Source of the DNA: Amphiscolops sp. MND2022
Taxonomy: Eukaryota
Direction: 5' to 3'
DNA length: 64,000 nucleotides
NCBI GenBank assembly: GCA_964187785.1
Contig: OZ076409.1
Location: 5,272,001 to 5,336,000 of the forward strand
Shown: positions 44,446 to 54,279 of the stretch, in pieces
How positions within the stretch are numbered: the first letter of the stretch is position 1
How the letters are laid out: the number at the start of each line of letters is the position of its first letter
Notes under the pieces: model-generated
What the model was told of the DNA's origin: nothing
The model's input: the letters and a program-made list of their open reading frames with translations, nothing else
The model's database searches: none
Position numbers and translations under genes: made by a program

Positions 44446-47400
44446 TTGCCGGCCCTGTTTTTCTCCCGAAAAACACTTTCGTAGAACATGGGTGCCAGTT
44501 TCACTACTGGTCTTTTCAGTTTTCCATCTTCAGTTTTCACCAGCGCTGATCTCACTCGCCCATCGCTTCCATGGTAGACTTCCAACACTCTACCCATCTT
44601 GTAGAGTGCTCTTTTTACATTCTCATCCACTATCCAAACCAAATCATTGACTTCTAGTTGTCTAACTTCTTCGTTTTTCCATTTTCCAAAGAATTCAAGT
44701 TGCATCATCATTTCTTCCCGTGATACAGCCGGCCCTATGAAAGGCCCATTTTCCAAGTTTGTTGTTGTTTGTTCTTTTGAAGAACCCATTCGCGTCTCCA
44801 TCAGGGATATTTCGCTTGCAAATTCATCTGCCTTCATATTTGCATGTAGGATGCCATTTGTATTCAACTGAGCGCTTTCGTTCGTTCCATGTAATCGAAT
44901 TAAGATAGGTTCAAACTTCCAAGCTCGTTTCTCGAATAGCTTGCTGTGGCCAGTGTTTAGTTGAGGTGGCACGTTAGGGTTAGCTTGTGCCACTGCATCC
45001 ATTCCCGAGTTTCCATTACCCAACCAGTTGTTACTATTTTCACTGTCGTTTGGAATAATTTTGTCCAGCAGTTTTTCATTCAAGCCAACGTCATGTTTTC
45101 TACCAAATAACACCTTTACGGATTTTGTTTCATTACTTGCGTTCTCTTCAGCCGGTTTGTCTTGTTCCAACAAACCACCAAGGGGTCTTCGATATATCGC
45201 TTTGCCTCGTGGAACTTCATGAAGTTCAATTTGGCACTCATTCACGAATCCAATTTCTCTGTCCAATTGAGAACACCTTTTTCCTTCTTCAAGTGTTAGA
45301 GTGTTGACAGTAACATTCAGTGCTTGCAATTGAGTTGAATACTTCTCTTTGACAAGCTGTTGTACAGATGCGACACCTATATTTTGTTTCAGCAAATCAA
45401 GCGTTACACAATTTTTTTTCGAAGTTTGAAAGTTTGATGTGATTGCGACACGTTCATGTTCGTTCTTTTCTTCTACAATTGAGAAACCCATGTTTTCGTC
45501 TTGTTCGACTATCATATGGTCACTCACAGCTAGGTGCATTTCGTCTTTCCAAATTTGCTTGATTTCCAAGAGGAGGGGTTTAGTACTGACTTCTTGCCAG
45601 TTTCTTTCTACAACGAATATGTTTGGTGAGTTCTCAGAATATTCCTTGGACATTTCGGATACGCTGCAGTGGGAAGTATACGATTCCATGCCCCACCGAG
45701 TTTTCATCTGATCCACCAATGGATCCACATCTGCAAAAACCAAACTTTCAGTGGCGAACTTCGCAGTTTCTTGTTGAGGCAAGGGTCCACTGAGCATCCA
45801 TCCCAACTTCGTCAAAACGGCCCAAGGTTTTGACTTTCCACATTTTCTATACCCAATTGCTCTATGCAAATGATAACAATCTTGGCCCAAGATAACTTTG
45901 ACATCTCCCAAGTTGATGGTAGAATCTTTCAAAACTGACAGGTGAGGATATGTTTCCTTCAATTTCTTGAGGTTGTACGTGCGATTTCCTGCGTTTACGT
46001 TGGGATGACTATAGGCAATGATATCTTCTTTGACTTTTCCTTGTTGATCTCCAATCCTGACCCGCAGTCGTTTGCTACTAATATCTGACGCACCATGAAT
46101 CCCTGCAACATTCAAATCCACTGGCTGTCCCATCAGATTTAGCGCTTTCATCAGGCTCTCGTCCACAAAGGACAGGCTTGCTCCAGAGTCGCACAAAGCG
46201 AACGTTTTCACAGTTTTGCTCCCACTCCCTATCGTTACTGGAATGACTGGAAGCACTCCACTGCTTCTCATTGAGGACAGGTTTGAGACCTCTTCGACAT
46301 TTTCAACACTTTGCTTCTGTTCCTCGTTCTTGTAAGGTCGGTGTAGCAATCGGTGATGAGGTTTTCCGCAACCAATGACGTCGCAGAGTCTACCAGAGCA
46401 ATTTCTCATCTGATGTGCGTCTGACAAGCATTTGAAGCACAGCTTCAGTTCTTTCGCCTTTTGTCCTCTTTCTTCGACGTTCATCTTCTTGAATTTCTCA
46501 CATTTCCATATCGGATGTTTGCCATCTTTCAACGCACACTCTCGCTGGTATTTTGAGTTGTCACTGGCTGTGTCTGGTGCTGATGTTGCAAACGTAGAAC
46601 CTTCGGCCTTTTCCTTGTAGCTCGTTTTTGCGCGATCAGCATTTAGATTCGAATACAATAGCAATTCATCTTGAACATCTGCTATATCATTGAGCCACTC
46701 ACTGAACACAGCGAGTCCAGGTTGATACAGGTTCATTTGCTTGACATAAGTGAGCCACTTCGTTTTCGTGTCGAGTGTTAACTTCCTTGTGGCACTGCCT
46801 AAAACTCCTTCTGAGTTTAGGTCTCCCACGTAGTTGAATTGTGTCAAAACATTCACGCAACTCGACACTATTCTCGCAAACTTGATCAATGCGGCTCCAT
46901 CATAAGGTTTCATCGGAGGGAACGAATAGATTCGCTTCAACTGGGCGTTCACAACCATTTGAGGTTTTCCAAAGTTTCGAACTAGAACGTTCCACGCCAC
47001 ATTGTACATCTCAGCAGTGTAACCCAGACCAGCAATAGCCTCTTTCGCTTTGCCCGTGACCATTGTTTTCAGATGGTTCATTTTTACACTGTCGTCTATG
47101 TTCGCTGCATGGACGGTTGCTTGGAATAGTTGTGACCACTCTGGCCACTCCAATGGGTCACCTGAGAAGTCTGCCAACTTCAATTTTGGCAAGCTGGATC
47201 TGATGAAATAGTCATCTCTCGCATTTGACACTATGTTATGCCCTTGACGAGGCAGATACGGCTTCTGCGTGTTCTCAAGCTGTGGCACTTGAAATGCACC
47301 ACTCGGGATGCCTCCAAACGTAGGCGGTAACCGATTCAGGTCTGCACCGAGAGTCATCGACGGCTTCGATGAGGCGAATTTCACTTCTGGTTGTGCTGTT

Positions 47401-48755
47401 GCTCTTTGACTGCCAACATCTATGACAGTCTTTGTTCTGTCCTTTCCAATATCTCGCACAGCGGTCTCTGTGGACATGACTGGTTTCAATGATGACTTCA
47501 AATCCCTCACCTGCGCGGAGCCTTGTCCTCCATGAGTTGATCGTATTGAAATCACTGGTGCTGAGATGGACGTTTGCTGGTAACCTGGTGGCACGTTAAT
47601 CGGCGATGCCACGTTTTCAGCTTCTTCGGTCTTGTCCATCCAATCTGAGACTTTCGTCAGATTGTCGTCTGGTGACTCGACTGGTGAAATACTTCGCAAG
47701 CTGGTGCCACAACTACTTGAAAATTTCGCCAGTTCTATTTCCTTTTCTGCAATTCTGGCCTTGCGGGCCACCTCACCTTGCAAGTCTGCTATTTCCATTT
47801 CCTTTTGTTTTGTTTCTCTTCCCAGTTTCTCCAGGCGGGATTGCAGTTCTTCTTGCTCCTTCAGAGCTTTTAGCTCCAAGTGTAGAACTCGTCTTGCGCT
47901 TGATGTTTTTGAAATCACAGACGTCTTGTTGCTTTTGGCTCTTTCACTTCGCGAATGTATGCTCAATTCCTCTATTGGCAATGATCTAGCTCCATTTCTT
48001 GGCTCTTGGCTGTCTTCCGCGTTGTGACCATCATGTTCTTTTTGCTCATCGTCTGGTTGCGGCTCCTTTTGTGGCGAAGTGCCATTTTTACTTGATTTGT
48101 CTGCGGCTACGCTTGCGCGAACGTCTGCTAGTCTTTGTTCAGCGTCTTCAAGACTTCGCAAAATGGCTCCTCCTTCTCCTGTCTTCAGCAGATCTTCAAT
48201 TTTCGTTTTAATGTCAGACCGTTTCTGCAGCAATTCTTGACATGCTGCAGCATAATCTTCTTCGTCGACAATTTTGCCATCTGCGATTGAATCTTCCCGC
48301 AACTTTTTGTTGCTATCCATTAGTCTATCAATAGCACGTTTCTTTTCGTCAAGATCCAAGTAATTTAGTATCTGATTTTCGTCTTGCAATGCTGACATCA
48401 GCATTTGTACCCTTCCAACGCTAGAGCTTTGCTGCTGCAACTCAGCCAATCGGCTCTGCATTTCTTTGTTCACTATTGAGAAGATTTCGGGTATCTGCGG
48501 TTGATACTTGACTTTGATCGCATTTTCGACTGCCTTAATGAGCCGATCCCTCCTGTTTATGGCATCTGTTCGTCTTAGCAGTAAATCTGCTATCTGCTTG
48601 TCGTCAACATTGCTAGCTAGGTTCTCATCAATTTCTTTGACAGTCTTGCCGTGTTCAACAGCTGCAGTCCAATAACTCAACGTTTGGGCTTTGTCAGCAG
48701 AGTTCTTCAGAAAGTTTTCGATTTTGTTGATATCGAACCGTTTTGGTTCTGCCAT
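44391..48755 (-). CDS. BEL Gag-protease polyprotein with integrase C-terminal tail but no RT/RNase H/IN core (1454 aa)
   Basis: LPKLKLADFSGDPLEW (BEL gag), three Cys/His knuckles, ALCDSGAS protease, and the terminal GRVLEVYHGSDGRVRSALVKT..RPVVKL. No YxDD motif. Confidence 0.9.
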   Translation of the reverse strand: MAEPKRFDINKIENFLKNSADKAQTLSYWTAAVEHGKTVKEIDENLASNVDDKQIADLLLRRTDAINRRDRLIKAVENAIKVKYQPQIPEIFSIVNKEMQSRLAELQQQSSSVGRVQMLMSALQDENQILNYLDLDEKKRAIDRLMDSNKKLREDSIADGKIVDEEDYAAACQELLQKRSDIKTKIEDLLKTGEGGAILRSLEDAEQRLADVRASVAADKSSKNGTSPQKEPQPDDEQKEHDGHNAEDSQEPRNGARSLPIEELSIHSRSERAKSNKTSVISKTSSARRVLHLELKALKEQEELQSRLEKLGRETKQKEMEIADLQGEVARKARIAEKEIELAKFSSSCGTSLRSISPVESPDDNLTKVSDWMDKTEEAENVASPINVPPGYQQTSISAPVISIRSTHGGQGSAQVRDLKSSLKPVMSTETAVRDIGKDRTKTVIDVGSQRATAQPEVKFASSKPSMTLGADLNRLPPTFGGIPSGAFQVPQLENTQKPYLPRQGHNIVSNARDDYFIRSSLPKLKLADFSGDPLEWPEWSQLFQATVHAANIDDSVKMNHLKTMVTGKAKEAIAGLGYTAEMYNVAWNVLVRNFGKPQMVVNAQLKRIYSFPPMKPYDGAALIKFARIVSSCVNVLTQFNYVGDLNSEGVLGSATRKLTLDTKTKWLTYVKQMNLYQPGLAVFSEWLNDIADVQDELLLYSNLNADRAKTSYKEKAEGSTFATSAPDTASDNSKYQRECALKDGKHPIWKCEKFKKMNVEERGQKAKELKLCFKCLSDAHQMRNCSGRLCDVIGCGKPHHRLLHRPYKNEEQKQSVENVEEVSNLSSMRSSGVLPVIPVTIGSGSKTVKTFALCDSGASLSFVDESLMKALNLMGQPVDLNVAGIHGASDISSKRLRVRIGDQQGKVKEDIIAYSHPNVNAGNRTYNLKKLKETYPHLSVLKDSTINLGDVKVILGQDCYHLHRAIGYRKCGKSKPWAVLTKLGWMLSGPLPQQETAKFATESLVFADVDPLVDQMKTRWGMESYTSHCSVSEMSKEYSENSPNIFVVERNWQEVSTKPLLLEIKQIWKDEMHLAVSDHMIVEQDENMGFSIVEEKNEHERVAITSNFQTSKKNCVTLDLLKQNIGVASVQQLVKEKYSTQLQALNVTVNTLTLEEGKRCSQLDREIGFVNECQIELHEVPRGKAIYRRPLGGLLEQDKPAEENASNETKSVKVLFGRKHDVGLNEKLLDKIIPNDSENSNNWLGNGNSGMDAVAQANPNVPPQLNTGHSKLFEKRAWKFEPILIRLHGTNESAQLNTNGILHANMKADEFASEISLMETRMGSSKEQTTTNLENGPFIGPAVSREEMMMQLEFFGKWKNEEVRQLEVNDLVWIVDENVKRALYKMGRVLEVYHGSDGRVRSALVKTEDGKLKRPVVKLAPMFYESVFREKNRAGNVGASHQKAEKLNSELAG

Positions 48756-48790
48756 CTCTTCTCCTCTTGGTTGAACTCAGTTCCCAAAGT

Positions 48791-48982
48791 CACAATAGCC
48801 CAAACTCCCAGAGACACAAAAGCCCAATCTCCCAGAGACACAATAGCCCAATCTCCCAGAGACACAATAGCCCAATCTCCCAGAGACACAGTTGCCCAAT
48901 CTCCCAGAGACACAGTAGCCCAATCTCCCAGAGACACAGTAGCCCAATCTCCCAGAGACACAGTAGCCCAATCTCCCAGAGA
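48791..48982. repeat. 24-bp minisatellite, 8 copies, in the BEL 5' UTR
   Basis: CACA(A/G)TAGCCCAATCTCCCAGAGA repeated 8 times. Confidence 0.95.
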
Positions 48983-49092
48983 CACAAAATCAGCAACTCC
49001 AAGATCCAGACACTTGTTCTTCTTGGGCAATCTTCTCAGCTGTCCACCAACAAGTCGTCTTCTTCTAGTCCGGGTCGTCCACCAAAGAGTTG

Positions 49093-49109
49093 TCCGGGTC
49101 GGCGGACCA
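49093..49109 (-). promoter_or_regulatory. BEL primer-binding site, tRNA-Tyr-like
   Basis: Minus strand TGGTCCGCCGACCCGGA, 2 nt from the LTR; resembles TGGTCCTTCGAGCCGGA. Confidence 0.65.
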
Positions 49110-49111
49110 AA

Positions 49112-50023
49112 TGTAACGGCTGCTTGCCCTTATCCTGCGCTGAGGCTTGACAAACTTTACGCCGCCCTGATCCGTTGCTTAGTGCTGTGGACCGTCACTA
49201 AACAATTCCTGGTTTTCGTGTTTTAAAGGACTGTATCTTTTAGCTGATGGGTCCGATGTGACCCGTAGGAATCTCCAGCGATTCCTCTTTGCACTGATTT
49301 GGATCCGATGTGATCCTGCACACACTTCCCTCACTGTATCTTCACGCGCTCCGGCTCTCGGACTATGAGAGTAGCTACTTAGTCGCTCTGACTCTAGCGA
49401 AAAGTTGTGAAGATTGAGAAGTTGATTAATTAGTCTCTTGGTCCTAAGACCCAACTTGACTATAGCTATACAGTGGAGAAAATCTCTATCTAATAATGGT
49501 ATAAACGTGGTTTACAATTCTACAGTAAATATAAGTTGAAATATGTGGTATAAATAAATGACATTTGAGTGAATTATTAAAGTTATTGGCTATGTAAACA
49601 AAGCACATGGTGGTTTTAGAATGTTGATTTGGTGGGCTCTAAAGCATGTTTACACAAGGTAAATATCACTAATTCCAACAGAGTTACATTCTAATGTGGT
49701 CATATGGGTAAATAACAAAGTTTACATTTTTGGTTCAATGACCTTGATAACTACACATGTGAGGGGTAAAGAAGGTTATAATGGGTGAATGACCTTGAAA
49801 CTTAGCCGGTGTGTTCGTGTTAGGTATCTGCGTATGTGTGCCAAGTTTCATGGCTCTATGACTAAGAGACTTTGAGAAAACCCATTTGGGGGGGGGTTTT
49901 CCCCATTTGCAATGTGAGGTTTTTCTTCAAATTTTCATCTAAGTTTTTTGGAGTTTAAGTTTTGTTTCTCAACCAGCAAGTTCTGAATTGAGTTTCTCTG
50001 CCTTCTGATGACTGGCGCCAACA
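49112..50023 (-). repeat. BEL 5' LTR
   Basis: Direct repeat of 43535-44445, adjacent to the PBS. Confidence 0.95.
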
Positions 50024-50028
50024 AATAT

Positions 50029-52359
50029 TCTAACATAGGTAATAAAACCACAAACATTTTCAGACAAAATCCAATGTGTAATGGATTTTACATAGTATCT
50101 GAGATGGATAATGTTCTACAGTCTGGATGGCATCTCTCGCCCTTTGGAGAGAATAATGTTGAATGGTTTGTTAATGAAGTCATAAAGATTGAGAATAAGA
50201 TGAATTTCTATTTTAAGAATACAAAGAAAGAGATTATGATGACTCAAGAAGATGAGGAAGATTTTAAGAATAGTACTCATTGTTGGTTCTGTGAACTTCC
50301 CTTAGATGGGAGAGCTGTCAGAGATCATTGTCATCTGACTGGTAGGTATCGAGGGGCTGCACATGAAAAGTGTAATATAAATGTGAAACAGAAACAGAGT
50401 AATTTCATACCATTCGTGTTTCACAACTTCAGTAACTACGACTGTCACTTGTTCTTTAAAACATTGATTGATACAAAATCAGATAATGTTCCCCTTCATG
50501 TCATACCCAAGACAAATGAGGAATATATATCAATTTCATATGGTTGTATTAGATTTATAGATTCATAGAGATTTTTATCAAGTAGTTTAGATGGGTTGGT
50601 TAAAACAGTTGATGAGTTGACAATTCTGAAGAGAGAGTTTCCTGATAATTGGGAGCTGTTGAGTAAGAAGTTGGCGTACCCATATGAATATTTTAAATCT
50701 CTTGATGATTATCAGTTGTCAGTTAAAGATCTTGTAAAAGAGGATTACTTCAGTAGATTGAAAAATGGATATCCTCAAGATAGTGAGATTCAGAGAACAA
50801 ATGAAATCATTGAAACTTTTAAGATTAAAACTGGAAAGGAGTTGACTGAGTTGTATTTGAAAACTGATGTTGTTTTGTTAGCAGATGTGTTTGAGAAGTT
50901 CATAAAGGTATCATTAAACGAATTTAAAATCAATCCGTTATATTGTGTTAGTCTTCCTGGATATACTTGGGAATGTGGATTGAAATATACTGGGATTAAT
51001 TTGCAAACACTTCAAGATAAAGATATGATCTTAATGTTAGAGAATAATATTAGAGGTGGGATTTCATCTGTTATGGGGGATAGATATGTTAAATCAGATG
51101 AAAACAAAAAGATTTTATATATTGATGCTAATAATCTATATGGGTGGGCAATGAGTCAGTATTTGCCATATGATGATATAAAATTTGATGGTAATGTTAA
51201 GTTGGAAGATATATTAGATACACCTGATGATAGTGAGGTTGGGTATTTTGTTGAAGTTGACTTGAAATATCCTGAGGGGATAAGAGAGAAGACTGTGAAC
51301 TTCCCATTCTGTCCAGATAATAAGTTTTCACCTCAAGATAAGTTTACTGAGTATATGAAAAAAATGAAGCAGGATAGTTATGCTAAATGTAAAAAGTTAA
51401 TATGTGATTGGACTGACAAGAAAAAGTATCTGATACATTATCGAATGTTGAAGTTTTATGTGAGACATGGTATGATTGTTGAGAAAGTTCATGAAGTGAT
51501 TTCTTTTAAGCAGAGTAAGTGGTTGGAGAAGTACATTGATTTCAATACTCAGAAAAGAAATAGGACGAAAAATGATTTTGAGAAAGATTTTTACAAACTA
51601 TTAAACAATGCGTTCTATGGAAAGACAATGGAGAATGTGCGAAATAGAACTAAGATCGAGTTCATTAAAAAAGATGAAGAAGAGAAGATGGTGAAGTGGC
51701 AATCTAAGTTGACGTTTAATGGGATCCATAAGTGTTATGAGAAATATGATAGTTTCACGTTTAAGATGAATGAGGTTCTGATGGATAAGCCAATATATCT
51801 TGGATTTAGTGTGTTAGAGTTGAGCAAGTTATTGATGTATGAAACGTACTATGATAAATTTCAACCTTACTTTGGGAAAGAGAATATTCAACTTCACTAT
51901 ACCGACTGTGACAGCATGGTATTAAGTATTAAAACTGAGGATATCATTAACGACTTACAAAATCTCAAAGATTTATTTGATTTCAGCAATTTAAACAGAG
52001 AGCATCAATTGTTTAGTGATGAAAATAAAAAAGTAGTTGGTAAATTTAAAATTGAAACGCCTGGAAGTATTTGGATTGATGAATTTGTTTGTTTGAGAAG
52101 TAAAGCATATTCTTATAGATGTGGAGGTGAAAGTTCTAACAAACTAAAAGGTATCTCAAAATCTCAGAGTAAGAATATTAAATTTGAAGAGTATTACAAC
52201 TGTTTATTTGGGGGTGATTATCAAAGAGAATGTGAAAATTTTGTAATTAGATCTATAGATCATGATATGTTTCTTCAAAAGGTTACAAAGAATTCTTTAT
52301 CTGCATTTGATGAGAAGCGATGTTATTTGAATAATATTGAGAGTATCCCTTGGATGTAA
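50029..52359 (+). pseudogene. polB: Protein-primed DNA polymerase B, 3' part, with in-frame TAG at 50566
   Basis: Removing BEL plus one TSD restores ..NKREYSNIGNK... Contains the EndoVII-like CWFC..RDHCHLTG..AH..CN, HNFSNYD, FIDS*RF, YIDANNLYG, KLLNNAFYGK and YTDCDS. Confidence 0.93.
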
Positions 52360-52462
52360 TGTGAATATCCTTGAGTTTGAGTAATAACTAAATAGTATAG
52401 AAAGGGGGATTTGATATTAACTTGAAGGGTGAGCAATTGAGTGATGGGGCGAAGCGGAGCGG

Positions 52463-52649
52463 AGCAGTGTATATAATCGTATTTGACATTAGCGCGAAGG
52501 TCACCATGAGTGGAGCGAAGCGAAGCGAATGGTGAAGCAAGTGGGGGAGGTTGAAGAGTGAGCAGCTGAGCGAAGCGAGGCTGTGAGCGATGAGGCCGAG
52601 CCACGCTTGCGCCTTCGCGCTGGTGTCAAATACGATTATATACACTACT
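52463..52649. repeat. Right Polinton terminus (TIR, also self-palindromic)
   Basis: AGCAGTGTATATAATCGTATTTGACATTAGCGCGAAGG at 52463 pairs with CCTTCGCGCTGGTGTCAAATACGATTATATACACTACT ending at 52649. Confidence 0.9.
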
Positions 52650-52655
52650 GATGTG

Positions 52656-52999
52656 GTAAATTAATACGCTCGAGAGCTGTTGTTTAACATCTGTTTATCC
52701 AATTTGGCGATTTTATCAGATTCTCCAATATTACGGTTCAACCTTCATCGATTTTCAGCCCAATTTTTAAAGGCTAGTTGAGCAGTGGTCTTGAGTCTTG
52801 CAAGATGCCTGTTACTTTTAGCAGTTACAGACTAGGACCAGGCCAGAGAGCGTCCTACAAGACGGTTCCCCCACCTTGGGACTGGCTCCTTCGGAGGGAA
52901 AATGAGCTAGAGCCGCGGAGATCTAGGTCCCAGATTATATTCGCTGTTCTAGTTCCTCCACTCTACGTTGCGGTTCAAGCGCCAGCGCTTATCGTTACA
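52656..52999 (+). repeat. Gypsy 3' LTR, last 344 bp
   Basis: Resumes at GTAAATTAATACG exactly where the first part stopped; 400+344=744. Confidence 0.95.
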
Positions 53000-53210
53000 C
53001 TACTACAAACTTGAATGTGGCCTTTTGAAGTAAACAATGTGTGTTCGAAACCATTTACAACTTTGGGGGATACGGAAAGTTGTCAATAAATTCGTTTTTG
53101 TACATCAAGAATAATAGAATCATTTTCTAGAAAACAAAAACAGAAAAAATATGTTCTCAGGGAATGATTTTCTCAACTTTCAACAGTTTGCAACTTTCTG
53201 TTTCATGCAG

Positions 53211-53442
53211 TGTGGTGCTTGAGACTTGCTGTCATCCTATTGGTCAATTGCTCAGTGAATACTGCCGCTGGAGGGCGCTTCAAATTCAAACTGGGCATGA
53301 TGTATGCAGGCATGTCTAGCGACTGGAAAGAAGGAATCTCCAATTTGTACGCAGCCCAGCTTGCAGCCCGTGACGTCACGGATAAACTGAACATAGACGT
53401 CAGCATTTTGCCATTCAACGGAAACTGTAGCTCGTATCTCAC
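53211..53442 (+). CDS. Host exon: signal-peptide-like segment plus start of a Venus-flytrap/ANF-receptor ligand-binding domain (receptor guanylate cyclase, class C GPCR or iGluR type)
   Basis: Acceptor TTTCATGCAG (alternative at 53186) and donor GTAAGT at 53443. FKLGMM..AAQLAARDV..ILPFNGNCS matches the family N-terminal pattern. Confidence 0.6.
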
Positions 53443-54279
53443 GTAAGTATTTCGACAACCGTTTTTTTCGAAATTACTCAAAGACTTTCTGCTTTAACCT
53501 GGACAGTGATTTCGTCGTCAAATGGGGACAGCATTTTTTTTCTCAATCAATAAAAATTACGAAACACAAAAAAACATATAGGAAAACGAAAACTTGTCTT
53601 TCTTAATGACAATTTATTGGACTAACTGGGGTTAGTTGTTATTTGTGTCAATATAGTTTTTTCCGAGCCACCTGCATAAAAGTAACTTGGAAAAAAGTAA
53701 ATATTCACAAAAAAACTACATTTCAATAATTTGATTTTTCTCAATAACTGAGCAACTGTTTGCTAAGTTACTGTACCACTCTAGTAGCACTGTAAGCCAC
53801 CATCGAAAACCGATTGAGCTGTGGCCATTATTGGTTCAGAAATGAAGCTTTTGTCAATTTTTCAACTTCTCGGTGTACTGTCGAGATTAAGCCCTTAAAA
53901 ATCTTCGATTGTATCAATCTTTGATTAAAATCATTATTCGGCTGAATTTTCTAAAAACTTATTATTTTCCGTCCATATTTCATATGGGAAAGGAAAATAT
54001 TTGAATCAAACGAGTCTTTTTTTACAAAAGCACCAAATTTATATCCAAGCTAAAGGGTTTCACCCATAAAGTTCAACTGACGTAAAATTAGTATCATGCG
54101 GTATGTATTTGTAGAGATTTTTGAATTTTTGCTGGTTGACCCCAAAGACCCCAGAACGACCCAAAAATGACAAAAAAAACTAAAAACTTCGAAATTTTCC
54201 GAAAAGGAAAAATTTCGTTATCCAAGATGCTTTTTCGAAAAAAATAAATGCAATTTTTCAGTGGAAAAAACCTCAAATT

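Larger units (their letters stand above)
43535..50023 (-). mobile_element. BEL/Pao LTR retrotransposon, non-autonomous, 6489 bp
   Basis: LTRs of 911 and 912 bp, 5-bp TSD AATAT (43530-43534 and 50024-50028), BEL-type gag and protease. Confidence 0.95.
30746..52649 (+). mobile_element. Polinton/Maverick (adintovirus-like endogenous dsDNA virus), ~15.4 kb without the BEL insert
   Basis: Termini AGTAGTGTATATAATCGTATTTGAC...GTCAAATACGATTATATACACTACT, 6-bp TSD GATGTG (30740-30745 and 52650-52655), and the full core gene set. Confidence 0.97.
12182..52999 (+). mobile_element. Giant Ty3/Gypsy LTR retrotransposon (~18.9 kb excluding nested insertions)
   Basis: Two 744-bp direct repeats TGTAACG...CGTTACA, PBS, PPT, and a gag-PR-RT-RH-IN order in the ORF at 15620-23641. 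The 3' LTR is split by a Polinton. Confidence 0.96.

Noticed and set aside
48791..48982. CRISPR-like array, and the ORFs 48651-49226, 48707-49030 and 48743-49150
   Set aside because: Contiguous 24-bp units with no unique spacers, in a eukaryotic context. The ORFs are by-products of a stop-free repeat.
33960..50568. Four in-frame stops without frameshifts in Polinton genes (34125, 38267, 41218, 50566) as evidence of stop-codon reassignment or readthrough
   Set aside because: The expected residues differ (Tyr in FIDSYRF, Glu/Lys/Gln elsewhere), TAA terminates most neighbouring genes, and point decay in AT-rich codons explains them.
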